From Yuukianura sp. NJ FZ-2021 (Eukaryota), in contig CM102287.1 in NCBI GenBank assembly GCA_046563655.1, forward strand, positions 5,580,001 to 5,644,000: DNA of 64,000 bases, written 5' to 3'. Shown piece by piece: positions 14,801 through 28,600 of the stretch (its first letter is position 1; every line of letters starts with the position of its first letter). A program made the position numbers and the translations under genes. Below the pieces are notes generated by a model, which saw nothing but the letters and a program-made list of their open reading frames with translations, did not search any database and was not told the origin of the DNA.

Positions 14801-15564
14801 TTCTCCGCAAAATTCCACTCACAACAACAATTCCATAGTCAAAAGTTGTTAACGATTTGACAGCGATCTCCCAGAAGTCATCTGTTCAGAAATCTTTTGT
14901 CCTCATGAAATGAAACTTGAAATTCGACCAGGAATTTGCAACACAACAAGAAGCCATCAACAAGCCATAATCTTGAAAGAAATGTTTCAGTTCCCACTTC
15001 CAAGTGCGATTCCAACACTCTCCCTTAAATTTTATTATAACAAGGTCCGAAAGTCTTAATTAATAAAATCTTCTGAGCTATATACTCTGGGATATGAAAG
15101 ATTCAGGGCGGTAGAATCCTCACGATAAAACTCAAAAGTTAAGATCCTCTGATACTCTTTTCCTGCAGTATTTCCTATCTTCCTCATGTTCTTCATTAGT
15201 ATTTCTCCATAGCCTAACAAGACGAGAAAACAAACTGATCAAAACCTTTTTTTCAAAATGAGTTTTACCACCTATAAAAAGTAAAATGCGTTTTATGACC
15301 CGAAACAATTCCACTTCTTCGCAAAGGCCAAAGACTCTCCGTCCAAGACTTTTTAGCAGCCTCCAGCATTGCGTTGCCATGGAAACAACCTGTTTCCAGT
15401 CCTTCCGATCTTATCCAACAATCTAAATTGTCCTTCCAATTAAAACTTTACAGCCCATGGACCAAGGCTCTACTCAGCACATTCCGAACATCCCTCTCCA
15501 AAACTCTACCCATAAAAACTGAGTAATTAAATTCTCAATTAATTCAAAAAGTAGGCGAAAAATA

Positions 15565-16275
15565 ATGGGCGCCTGTACGGTAAGTCCTAAAGTTACGACT
15601 TGCCAAAAACCACAACGTTCCCACTCACACCTTATCTTGTCGCAAATTTTAATTTTCACACAAAAGTACCCTGTTGTTGCGAAAAGTGAAATTTCGCGCT
15701 TACTTTGCAAACATTTCAGCACTATCCTGTTTTTAATCTACCCTAATTTTAGGTACACACTTTTCATTTTTCCTAAAATTCTCCCGGGAATTTTTTCTCT
15801 CGAGTGAAATTTTTTACCAAAAAAATAATTTTTCTCCCATTTCCAGAGCTTCCACCTTCCTCGAATCCGGAAACTGGACAGAAACCGCCGGAAATCGCCT
15901 GTCCTTCCTGCCAAACTGAACTTTCTGTCCAAGTATTTCCCACAGTATTTTCCTAACAATCGTCCAGAAAAAGATGTCCTTCTGACAGCAATGGAACAGG
16001 AGTCAGAGGAACTTCTCACGACTTGTCGGTTCCAATTCGAGGACGACCTGGACAGCGTCAGTCAAGAGGAGTCGTTGACCGCTGCAGACGCAGCGATGGA
16101 CGAGCCATTGACCATTTCCACGATGGACGACGCTTCAACCTCTGTTCAAATCTCTCTGTCCAACCCGCACTACCGTGAGCCTCTGCGCCTGCGTAGAGTT
16201 TCTTGCAGCGGCGACTCGGAGCCTACACTTCATTACCGAAATACGACTGACAGCCTGCTCGAAGCATTCGAGTAA
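15565..16275 (+). CDS. Two-exon orphan gene; predicted 147-aa N-myristoylated/palmitoylated, largely disordered protein
   Basis: Exon 1 is ATG GGC GCC TGT ACG|gtaagt (15565-15579). The acceptor ttttctcccatttccag| ends at 15846. Exon 2 (15847-16275) is open and in frame with the 94-aa ORF at 15991. The product starts MGACTSFHLPRIRKLDRNRRKSP. The exon is a GC-richer island, and AATAAA signals follow at 16290, 16303, 16309 and 16313. Confidence 0.7.
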
Positions 16276-16289
16276 ATTAATACAAAGCT

Positions 16290-16318
16290 AATAAAAATGA
16301 TTAATAAAAATAAATAAA
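16290..16318 (+). terminator. Clustered polyadenylation signals of the orphan gene
   Basis: Four AATAAA hexamers within 45 bp after the TAA stop at 16275. Confidence 0.55.
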
Positions 16319-19300
16319 TTCACACAAAAATATTAGAAAACGGTTTCAGTACAACCTGAAATTAAACATTCTGCTCTGCTCATGATTTTATCGACCACAC
16401 AGACATGAATAATATGACTTTCAAAATTTGTACATCTCCATGTTCCCGCCATTTTGAAAAATGTTTCGTATAATTTTTCATTTCTAGAATAAAAATTCCA
16501 CATTTCATGTAACTTTTTAATACAAAGTCGCTTCTAATTAGTAGTAGGCAAATAGGACCAGATGGTTTCTCCTGCTACCCCACATAATTTAGCTTAAATT
16601 TATTGCCTTTGTTTCACTGAATAGCTCTCGTGTTAGTATTTCAATTGCAAAGTGTGCAACTACATCTCTCTCTTCCTCTCCATGATCTAAAGTTCTTTGC
16701 AAATACAAGTTGGAAAAAAAAACCTACACTTTTACACTTTTATTCACTTGATCTTCGTACTTCCATGACAAGTTGGGTTACATTTCAACCAAGAATGAGG
16801 AACAATGGTCCCTCTCTAGCCTTCCAGAACAAGAGTCACCAAAATTTATGTCCACCTTTAGGTTCAAAATGGCCGCAGAAAAGCCCAATCCTCCTAGGTT
16901 CCATTTCTCTTCCTCTCTCAGATTCATTTGTTTCACTTTCAGGTTTCATTTGGAATTAATTTGTTCTAAGAGCCTCTCCCCTCTCTCGTTCTTGCCAAAC
17001 CAAACAATCCTCTTCACAAGTTCCATTGATCAAGACATAAAAATTCTCCACAGTAGAACGACATCTGTAAATTAACACGAAACCTGCAAAGACGTCAAAT
17101 TGTTAACTCTGGACCAAGTCAAACTGGTCCACTATATCAGGATAGAGAAGCCAAGACAGGAACAAGACACAGACATAACAAAATGAAGTCATCTTTTAAG
17201 TCCTACCTTCGATAAGTTCCAAACGTCATTGTCACTTCCAAAACTCCCGATTCTGCCTGAGGGTTAAGTAAAACAATGTTTTGCGATATGTCCGTTTTAT
17301 TGACACCTTGACTTCAGATGACCTCGTCACTCCACGCCCTTGTCTTCTGCGTAGGCAATAATGATGTGCCTACCCTAACTTCTGTTCAAATTCACTTCTT
17401 CCGAGGCAGTAAAAAGCCATAACCTATGGTCCTATCCCTTCATCTCCAACTTGTCCCCTGTAATAAAAACCACCAAAGGAATTTTAGTGCTACTTGTTTA
17501 GAAACCAAAACCTCTTGTTAAAATTACTTCACGAAAAACAAAATCTTCCAAAAAAGAAACTTTTCAGACAAAGTCTGATCACGGTGACAAGACCAACATC
17601 TCTCCAAACTACTATCATTGAAAGACGCTTGGATTTAGAAAAGAAAGCAACAGAAGCATGCGTATATTTCTAAACTTCCACCGATAAACTATGGCTTCTC
17701 AACCTTATCCGATTTCAAATCTCAGTTTCTTGTTTTGAAAATAAAATTCTAGCGTCAACGCACTGCGCAGCGCTGTCTCTTCAAACGAAAAAAAGTGTCA
17801 CAACATTTACACATCCTTTATGCACTAAAAATAGACTTCATCTGTCACAATTCAAGCAGGATGAACCATTGCTAGATTTTGCTACAATTCGATTTTACAC
17901 ACAACTTGTGGTAAAATCAAAATGTAACGTGAAAATTTTCAAAATCTGTTTGGGTGGAATCAAAAATCTTCCTAGTTAAAACTAAAATCTTGAAATTAAA
18001 ATAAGTTCTGTTAAAATGAAAACCTATGATTCACTGCTTATGACACATAGACGCTAAGAAACAATTCTTTTTATGATACTTTTAGTACAAGAGACTGCAG
18101 GAAATTCAGAAGCGCTACTACTCAAAGAAGAATAGGAGTAGAATAAATGATAATTTCCATTGAGAAATGAAGAGCTCACCTCCCATGGAGATCAAATTCT
18201 CCAAAGAAAGTGTTCCTCCTTTGAGCCTTTTTATTGTGCCTTCAAGTCCTCTCATTTCAAAAAAGAACTCTGTTACATCATAAGGGCACAAAGGGTTTCA
18301 AAAAGCCCTGTGCTAAATGGCTGAACAGAAGTGAAAGGCCCTTCAGAACCGAACATTCTTCTATCTTCTAGAGACAGTCGTAGTCATAAGCACAAAACAT
18401 GAATCATGGAAACTACAAATGCCACACACAGCTACGCTCATGATCAACAAGTTAGCATTAACAAACTAAAAAGTTAATGGAACACTCAGGCTTTAATTTA
18501 ATTTCAAAATTTTGTTCTAAAAAAATATTTTTTAAAAAAACTGAAACTTCAAAAAATGAAACTCTTTTTTATCTCATAATCTGGGTAGCAACGAATATCT
18601 GCAACCTGAACTACAGTTAAACTAAAAGAAATTATTGTGCACAGAACGCCATGCATTTTTGCCAACGGCGTCCACGTTAGACAAATTTTCTCTGGAAAAT
18701 CATACCCGAATTTTCGCGAAATCAGTTTTTTAAACAATTTTTTGAAAATCTACAATCTTGAACAACTTCCCGCGCGTTAGGCTCTTAAGCCTGTCCAAGT
18801 TGAAATCGTGCACTTACCCCCTTCTCTCCAGACATTCCAAATTGCCTTTAATCAATCCAGACAACATTATTTACCTTTCATCCCCCTCTCATCTCTCAAG
18901 TGGAGGATCAAGACCAAAGATGAAGCTCCTTCAGCATCACTTCCAACCAAATCTTAAGCAATTGACCTCCAATCGTGGCATATGAATAGCCACTCGACAG
19001 AGATCCAGTCTCGACAGTGACATTAGCTGCCTGGAACATCATCAACCACCAACATCCTCGGAATCTCTGAATCCTTCATCTCAGACAATCATGATCTCAT
19101 CACTGTTCAACCTCCCAAATCCAAATTTATTCTCCTTAACAACTTTCTACTCAATCCACTTCATAAAACCCAAAGATCTTCAACCAAGATGATTCTGGAC
19201 CCTGTAAAAAACCATAAAGAGAAACCAAACGAAAATTGTTTGGATTCCATTATTGACCAAAGTCCTTCCAGCATAAGCACACGGTGGTCATCCCTCACTT

Positions 19301-19597
19301 TCACTCGATAATAATTACAGATCCGCCCTGATGAAGTTCCGCCCTCTTCAAGAACTCTTCCCCGTGGGAGAAATAAACAAAACTGGAATTTTTCAATTCA
19401 ACATCTCCCGAATTCCTAAAATTTCCCCACGAATAGGTTAGGGTGGATAGGTTAAGTCAACACATTACCAAAAGATCACACAACATAACCACAAAAATTC
19501 CGAAACCAGCCACTCCTGCGCATCACGCATCACCAGAAACAACAAGGTCGTCGGTGGTCCACTTCTAATCCGTACTGTCTAAACCCAATCACCTCAA

Positions 19598-19610
19598 AGG
19601 TCAAAGGTCA
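19598..19610 (+). promoter_or_regulatory. DR1 nuclear-receptor element
   Basis: AGGTCA-A-AGGTCA, perfect consensus. Confidence 0.45.
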
Positions 19611-22600
19611 CGCCAAATTCAAATTCAAAAAACTAGCATTAGGGCTTGTCCTGATTTAAAAAACAAAGTCTAAACTGTGACAACATTTTTTGTAGTGTAA
19701 ATCCTCTGAAGGGCCCTCAGACAAGTACTTTATTCTGTCCAATTACCATTAAGATCCTGCCGTAAGCCATTCGAGAGAGCCCATAGCCTAAGAAACCGAA
19801 AAGATATCAAGTTCCTTCCTGTTTTTTGCATCGTGAAAACAGTTAATAAGACCTCTGACACTTGACTCCGGCCTGTCACCGAAGCCAACAGGCCCTTGGA
19901 TCCTCTCTCCGCTCATAAAGACATAGGAACCTATTAAGGCCTTAAGGTCGACGACTCAAACGATCTTATAAATCTCTCCTAATAACCCAAGTCCCCATGG
20001 AAAACAAAGTCCTCAAGATGGGTTTATTAGATCCTTCTACCCTTTATCTCAATTACATCTCCGCCAGAACACAGAGATTCAGTTACATCTTCATCCAAAC
20101 ACAAGTGGTTGTCCTACATTCTACACAAAAAAGTCAGCGTTGCAGATTCATTTTCAAAAACAAAATTTTTAAACTAACAATTAAAAAATCTTTTACAATT
20201 TCACTCATCCGAATACACTCAAGTTATCCTATACTCAATACGGAAAAAAATGAACGCTGCAGATTGAGTTTTAAAAATTGAAAAAAAAAATTAAGAAAGT
20301 TTAGACTTTAGATTTGATTAGAAATTGGAATTTTTGAAAATCAAAATGGATTTTTCAAAATCTTACACAAATTCGTGGAAAAAACTACGGATGACAATGG
20401 CAAACTATGAATTGAATTTCAGATTTAATAAAAAATAAAAATTTCTGTTTTTTAAACGGAATGAAAACCTATCGAAAAAAAACTCGAAATTAATGAGCAA
20501 CTTATGCACAGGCAGTTAAACCAATTATAAAGTACAACAAACTCTCACCCTCACTTTTTGATTGGCAGCATGAATTCAATTTAATTATTTAAGTTTAACA
20601 AAAAACAACAACTTTATGACATGTTCACACGTTTGAAAAATCCTCTTTCCGCTCCTCTCGACTTTAAGTTTATGACGGGTGCAATTATTTCGCCCGTTGG
20701 AAAACAATGTTCATTCTTCTCAAGTTCAAACCTTTAACAAAACACATGTCTCTCTAACTTAATCGCAAACTTAAATCTTAAAAAATGCTCCGTTTTAATA
20801 AACCTAAAGTGTTTGTGGAGAGAAGTAATTGGAACATTTTCCGGTTTGCATTTCATACTTCACACTTTCTGAGTAGCAGATAACTTCAAACATGAACAGA
20901 AGAGCACGTTTCCGGACAATTTTCATTGTTTTGTCACAAGGTTCTCATAGAAAAGTGCAAGTTTACTGTGACTTGGTCGCATGATCATCAAAATTCTGTG
21001 AAAATTAGGGCAATTTAGATGTCACCTTACGACACCTCGAAACGGAAATGTACTGATAGTGTATCCGAACACCTTCCAGAAGGTGTTGAAAACGCAATGT
21101 ATATCGATTAAAATGAAAACAGAATTTTCGAAATTTACCAAAACAGAAAATTCAAATTCTCATAAGCTGTGTATTGCGCATTGTGCTGAAAATGTAAGAA
21201 TTGTCCAAATATTAACACAACACACGCATAAGATGGACCAAATCTGCTGGAAGATAAGTTTTACAGAGTCGAAATTTTGCAAATTCTGCATTCGGACTGA
21301 AAGTTATCCGATTTGGAAAAAAAAAATTCTCAAAATTCAAAATTTTTACTACTCGTCCCATGATTTGCTATGCACCGCAGCCTGCTATTATTGAAAAAGC
21401 ACATTTCAAATCCAAAACGCAAAAATGCTCAGAGTTTAAAACATAAAAACCCATTAAAATCCAACTGAAAATTGGATCTGGCTTGACACTAAGAGTCCTA
21501 AATCAGTTTGATATTCCGCAGAGGGACAGACGCCAAGTGCTTTCATCGCCTCCAGTGATAAAGTACACTTCATACTGAGATCATTTCACACTCCAGACCC
21601 CTCACGGCTCCTTTTCCAACACACGCGGGACACGTAAATTCTAACCACTCCACTTGACACTTACCAAGTGCTCAAAAAAACATAGGTTAACTTTACACCT
21701 CAAATTATTTATTGGCCTATTTGTTATTCTCCAGCTCAAATTAAATTCGGAATGAAAAGTTGAACCATTTGCCCTCTGACAACCTCCATCTTCTCCTTAA
21801 CTTAAAAATCTAACCTCTAAGGTTAGCATAACCAAAAATCTACGCACAACTCAAGGTCTCGTCGTTAAACATAAAAAAGACGGTGATGCCTGTTCGACGC
21901 CTCCCGCTAATATTTCATCTCCAACCATTTAAACTTTAGTTATCATTACAGTTCTTTCATGTAGAATAGATCTTCGTATAGAATTTGCTTTGCTTCGGCA
22001 GAACCATTTTTCAAAAACGTAAAAACTCAAAACTAAAATATCACAAATCCAAACTCTCAAGAACAAAACTTAAAAAAAAACTTGTCAACAGTAAAAATCA
22101 AGGAAGTAACGGTTATGAAGCTCAGGATTGACGCGACGCGTGATACTTTGACATCTCAGCTCATCATCATTTGCGTCTCGCCAACAAGGATTTCCATTTG
22201 TCATGTCAATCAAACGGTGTTATACTACTTATGACAACTTATGACCATCCCACGACGCTCCCTTTCCATTTTAACACTAACATATTACAGTCCAATTTTA
22301 AAATAATCGAAATAAACGTCTCATCAAGCTCTCATTTCACCCATCACTTTCACTTTCCATTCCAAATTGAACATTCCACTTCCTCAAACCACAAAATTGA
22401 ACTGCAAACAACAAAAGACATCGAAATTCGAAATTTCTGCATCGACCATGACCGAAATGCAGCAATTCTAACCAGCACCACAGTCCTCTACATGTCACAA
22501 TTGGCCAAATGATGCATAATTACATGCAATTCTGATGCTAAACTTTACTTAATCATAATAGACTTGTCTCTTAAATATGCTTTTGAGTCCACCCCATGGT

Positions 22601-25600
22601 TCCTCCTGTCTTTTCATCAATCCATGTTACTTTTTTAAATTAATCGAGACTTGAATCAAGTAAAAATCTCGTTTGGCTCCGTTTAGTCCACGACTCCCTA
22701 TCGCTCCTTCCTAAAAAATCAACATGAAAACACTGCCCTCAAAATTAATGATGTGTCCAGGAAAAACAATGACTACTACTCTCCCAGTCTCTGGACATCT
22801 CACATACCTTATGCATCTTGGAAGTTATGAAAACTACTTCTTCAGTTTAGTCCTTACGCCATCATGTCAGTCATATCTGCCAAAATCTAAAACAAAAACC
22901 ACCAACGGACATTCTCAACTGACGACGCAAGACGTCAATTCCGTCAAACCAGCATGGAACCCAGTAAAGACAGCAGCGCAGAAGTGTGCGTCTTCCGTTT
23001 ATTCTCAAACCAGCACGAGACAAACTTAATCAAGCTCCTGCATCCTACACTTCACTTCTCAAAATCATCGACATCGTCAATCCTCAATTTTTTTAAAGCA
23101 TATTTGTTTTCGCGCTTTTTTCATTTTCGTATTTTGGTTCTAAAAAGTGCAACCACCCACCGCTGTGTCAATGAAAAGCAAACACCGGAACTCAAAACGA
23201 CACGGATTAAAGTTCAATTTTAAAAATCTAATCCAATTTGTACAACTATAATAGTGCAGCTTGGAAGTAACAATTACGCTGCTCGCCATTCCATGACATA
23301 ATCCTACCGTCCCCCGCCTAAATTTAAAAGTCAACTTTCAATTTCCACTTGTTCTGAACTCTGCATGTCACGCAAAGTCCTGCACTTCGCGAAACTCCAT
23401 ACTTTTCCATCAAAAACTTCAACTTTGCTACACCGTAGTAAAACGACTACTCTGTTTCAAAAACAAGTCAACTGGATTAAAACATAAGAACTCCATTTAG
23501 ACATAATAACTTCCATAGGTTATATAATACTTCCGTACATTATGTGCATTGCCATAGCGTATGTTAGGTTCGGTGCATGTAGTTACTTTCATAGCATTTA
23601 ATTTCACCTTTGTTTTTCCAAAAGTCAATGACTACTTAAATATACTATTTTTTTCGTCCTTGTTTTCTTTTACTACCTTTTACTTAACTAGATGAGAACA
23701 CGAAGGAAAAATCGAGCTCCGAAACGAGCTCACCTCCATCACGCTCCCTACTTTTTCAAACGAATCTTGATCGCAATGATCACGGAAAGGTGCAGGCAAA
23801 ACTATTATGCATTAGTCTTTGGAATTTCAAGAAATTAAACACGAACCAACGGGAGAGGGGTTAAAAAACAAAAGAAAAAAAAACTCAGGGATCGAAATTA
23901 ATACCAGTTACGTGTCCAAGTCTAAATAGAGGCAGAAGTTGTCTAGTCCGAGCTACAAAAGAATAACCTAACCTAAAAACAACAATATGAAAATAAAACA
24001 TAACAAAAACAATACAAGTATAAAAAGTTACAAAATTAATACTTTTTTTCAAATCCAAAATTATTCCAGTCTCTCCTCTAACGTAATCATTACACTTTCG
24101 AAAAAATTAGCCTCCAATCTTGTTCGTCTTCCTTGGTCTAAAATTACACCTCGTTACCAAAAAATCATGATTTCTTCCGATTTCGATTTTTTTTGAAAAT
24201 CCAAACCACTGCTGTCCGAAAACCATTGTTAAACCTCATCTCCTTTTCAATTATCCTCGTTAGACTTGAAGCGACGCTACGGAAAAGGGCGTGTACCTCA
24301 AGTCGAACACTGCCAAATTACTTTGGAAAAACAAAACTCTTTTCAACACTCCTCTCATTGCTCCAAATTGCGGAAAAAGTTTAGCAAGATAGGATCAGTC
24401 TCGACACCTTAAAAAGTCCTATAAACTTATATCCTGCTCCATTTCCAAAAAAAACTATCACTTTCATTATCCACACTTACTTTTCTCAACGTAGTTAAAC
24501 TTTTACACGCAAGAATATAGTTGGAAACAATTAACCCTTCCAGAAATTTATGTCTTCACGTTTCACCCGCTACCAAAAAACATACAAACGGAAAGCACCA
24601 TTCACTCTCAAAAACCACCCTTAACCTAACCACTATTTACATTTGCACAAAAACTTTTCAACAAACCGAAAACAATTTTTTAGCAAGTTGCTCCAAAAGG
24701 TGCGAAACTAAACAACATTTTCAATTCTCTTGTTTTCGTGCAGCCTTTTTAGCCTTCATGTTTTCATTTTCAAAATACTAGTAAATTATTTAGCACAATT
24801 TCGCTTGTCTGCTTATTTTCTCCATACTACAAACGTACAATAACAAACGTATTCAACTTCTCATTGGCGCCCCACGACAATTACTTTTGCAAACAAACCT
24901 TCCACTATTATATCACTAACAACAATCCTTTTTCATTTAGTCGACCTAGTTCACCCAAGTACACACACGGGATGAAACGAGGTGCTAACGCTAATAAGTC
25001 CGACGATGTAACAATTTGTGCTTGTTCACAATTTGCGCTGCACAAATATTTGTCTTTTCCATTGACTCCAAATAGTCCAAAGAATGTTTCTCGTTTAGTA
25101 TGAATGAACGCATCGATGCGATCTTTTTCTTCCATCTTATTATGATCTTCCCAGATTATAAAACATGACTCTGACAGAACAGCAAGCCAAAAAGTTTAGT
25201 TCAAGAGCAAACTTTATACAGCCTCTAAATCTCTTCCAAAGCTGAAAGGATCATCAACTCCTTCAGGTTATAAAAGTATCTCAAGAAGAACACAAAGTTT
25301 ACTTTTTTCAAAAAAGCTCACATGAAATTTGGCCCGAGTTTCTACCTTTGTCTCTATTTATGCATCGCCTTCACAAAAAACAAAACAAAAAAAAACTTTT
25401 ACTTCCACACGTCTAATGAAAAGTAAATGGAAAATAAATCTTATTTTCAGCCAACACAAGAACATCATAAAGTCCATTCAAAACCACCATCAACACTTCT
25501 TCAAACTTTTTATTTTTCGAATCTCCTCGAAAATTTCAAATTCCAAAAAAAATTGAGTTCCAAAGTTATTTCAAGGTTAGAAAAACCGGCTTTCGGCTCA

Positions 25601-28600
25601 TGCTCAATTTCCAATCCCCATCATCATTTATCCTCTTCTGGAAGATCCAAAAAAGTTCCCTGCCGTCACTTAGACACTTTCCAACGGATTAATCAATCAA
25701 ATCACACTTCCAAAATTAAATATACACATTCTTCTAGGTCCAACAAAAGCCTCAAATCCGACGGAACCAATCCGCTTAGTTTCATTTTCATTTCATCATG
25801 TCTCTTCCCTTTGTTTCTCTTATATCTCTCCAACTGGCGTGACAAATTAAACGTCAGATTTAAGTCGTCCCCATTTAAAGGCTTGACCTCAAGGGCCCTC
25901 TCCTAAACCCTTCGTCTAGCCTATTAATAAGGCACTTCCAGGTGAGAAAGGACCACACCTCTCTCCATGCTATTGCCAGTATCATTCCATTACCCAAATT
26001 AAAACTTAGAGGAACAACGGTGTCGGCAAAAGACAGAAAGGCACAATGACACGCTCAGCAAGGAGGACGCCATTCCAAGTTAGTATCTTCGAAAACCGAA
26101 TTTCTTCAACACAAAAAAGTCTCATCATCAACAGCACGCGAACAAACCACCAAAGATTCCTAAACCTCAAGAAACAATTCGGCATGGTTCTCATCTAACA
26201 AATGAAACGGCAGAATAATTCACGGTAATGAAAATGATAAAACACAAGAATCATTCTTAGCTCAAATTCAATTTCAGACAAAAATCAAATTCAATTTTAG
26301 AATTTTCGGTTTCTCAGCAGCGCGTCTTCGGCAAATTCAAAGCAGCAGGGTCACTTTCCTTCAAGATACTGCGCATACCATCAATAAAAATATCCTCATT
26401 GCACAAAAAGCAAACCAGCATTAAAAACAAAACCTAAAATTGCAAGTTCAGATTTTCAGTGTTCTCAAACATGAACTAAATACTAGAATCCTGAAATTAG
26501 TCAAGCTCCAACTTAAATTACTTTATGCCGGCATGATACTTTGCAAAAAAAAAATGAGAAGATGCCGCCAATAAATACGTCCAGTTCCCTTCTTTCAATT
26601 TCACTGTCAGTGACCATTTCACTTTCAAGTGAAAAATTTCAAGTGACCATTGTCACGACTGAGCCTTGTAATAGATGGAACAATAAAAAGTGAAGTGAAG
26701 CTAGTGAAAAATAATAAGTCCATTTCCTTATGACCTGACAAGAATGAGTCAGAGTCATGAGAACTGAGAAAGAGATCGATTGATAAGTCCAAGCACTTAT
26801 GTAATGAACGATACCGCCAAATGGATTATGGTCCAGATACAAACGTCAAACTACATCCTCCATTATACTGTCTCCATTTGACCATCACCAGATCTAAAAA
26901 TCTTCTAAAAAATTAGCTTCTGATCATGGGAAGGACAATCAAATCCGAATTCCTCCAGTCTTAAATGTCCTCCTTCCAACACCACAAAGTTCACCGCCGT
27001 CGCTGTCACATTTCTCAAGTCCACTTGAAGTTCAAACGTCTTTTTAAAATATCACAATTACTCTGCCGTACAAAAATAATAATACAAAATCTAGCCTAAC
27101 ACTGCTCTCATCTCAAGTTTCACGGAATCAAAAAACGTCCTTCCATACAATAACCCTAATAATTTGAAAACTAAGACCGCATTGTTTACGAATAACCTAA
27201 GAATACTAAAAATATCGTCTGCATAGGCTTCCATTATTACTCATGTTCCAATCGGCAATTCTAGACTTTTTTTTAAAAAGAAGAAGTTTTAAAAGAAGAT
27301 TTTTTTTAAACTTGCCAAGCTAACTCGCTTATGCCCAGGGGGCAGGGAGTGAAAGTGACGAAATGAGAAAACGCTTGCTTGTTCAGTCCGAGAGTAATTT
27401 ATTGCGTGGTGAGATAGGAAGATTTTCAAAAGGTTTTTGATTAAATGGGATTCAGGAGAGAAGAAGCGTAGGAGTTGTAGACAATGGATTCTGATCTTTG
27501 ACTTCATTTCAATCCTTCGAGCCAACTCCTGTCACAAATTCAAATCCATCATCCTTTTCCACAGTCAAACTGTCAAAGTCAACTCACAAAAGTTCAAAAT
27601 CCCTCAGAAATCTGCCGCTCACAGAGATCTATCACAAATATTTCAGAGATCTCGGAAACTTTAAACCCTAAAAAATGTGGAGCACAGTTTCCGTCGTTTT
27701 CAAACAAAAGTTTTTACTTTTGTTTCAGTCAAAGCTCTCCTACTGACCCAGGAATGAAAAAACAAAGTCTAAACCTTTCCTCCTGTCAATTTGAAAATGA
27801 CAAACAAGAACAAATAAGTCCAACTTTGAAAAACTGAATCTCTACATCTCTCAATTTTCCCCCCATAAACAGACCAAACCGCATCTGCACTTTGGAAAAA
27901 AATATTAAAAATTCCAGTTTTTTTCATGTACCAGTTCAAATTAATACAAAACCTCCGCCTCCGCATTTCAAAGCGGCCTTTACAACAAAACAACTTGGAA
28001 GTTCCCATTCTTTCATCCATCGTCGTCATTCTCCATATTAGGGTGATTTCAATCTCATAAAAACCAACCAACCAAACCCATCTTCCAGCTTCTGTCTCTC
28101 TTTACAATGACATCATTTTTCTCCATCCAGTTGACAAAAATGGTTCAAAATTCTTTTTAAAAAATACAAAAGCCAAGCTGTACAATGCATCACAAGAGGT
28201 CCAAATACTCCCAATTATTCTGCATCTCCTCATCTCAAATGTCTGTCAACACTAAAAAGGAAGCCGCAGATGCAACGAAATACACGAAGATGAAACTTTA
28301 TGTCACTAAATTCTCTTCATCATGCACAAAATCCGACATAAATTGAATAAAATTTAACTCAAAAAAGGTAAATTTAGTCACAAAAATCAAAATTCTTCTT
28401 TTATGATTTCTCCTTTAACAAAACAGGAAACCTTTGTCAATTCCTCCAGCCCACATTTCATCACCATAAAAGTCGAAATTCTCGATTTTTTTCAGTTGCA
28501 AAAATTACGAGATCCAGCTCCTGTATGTGCTAAAAACGAAACATTTTCTTCTGCAAATTATGAATTTTCGGTTCATTTTTTTAAAACCTTGGAATGAAAC

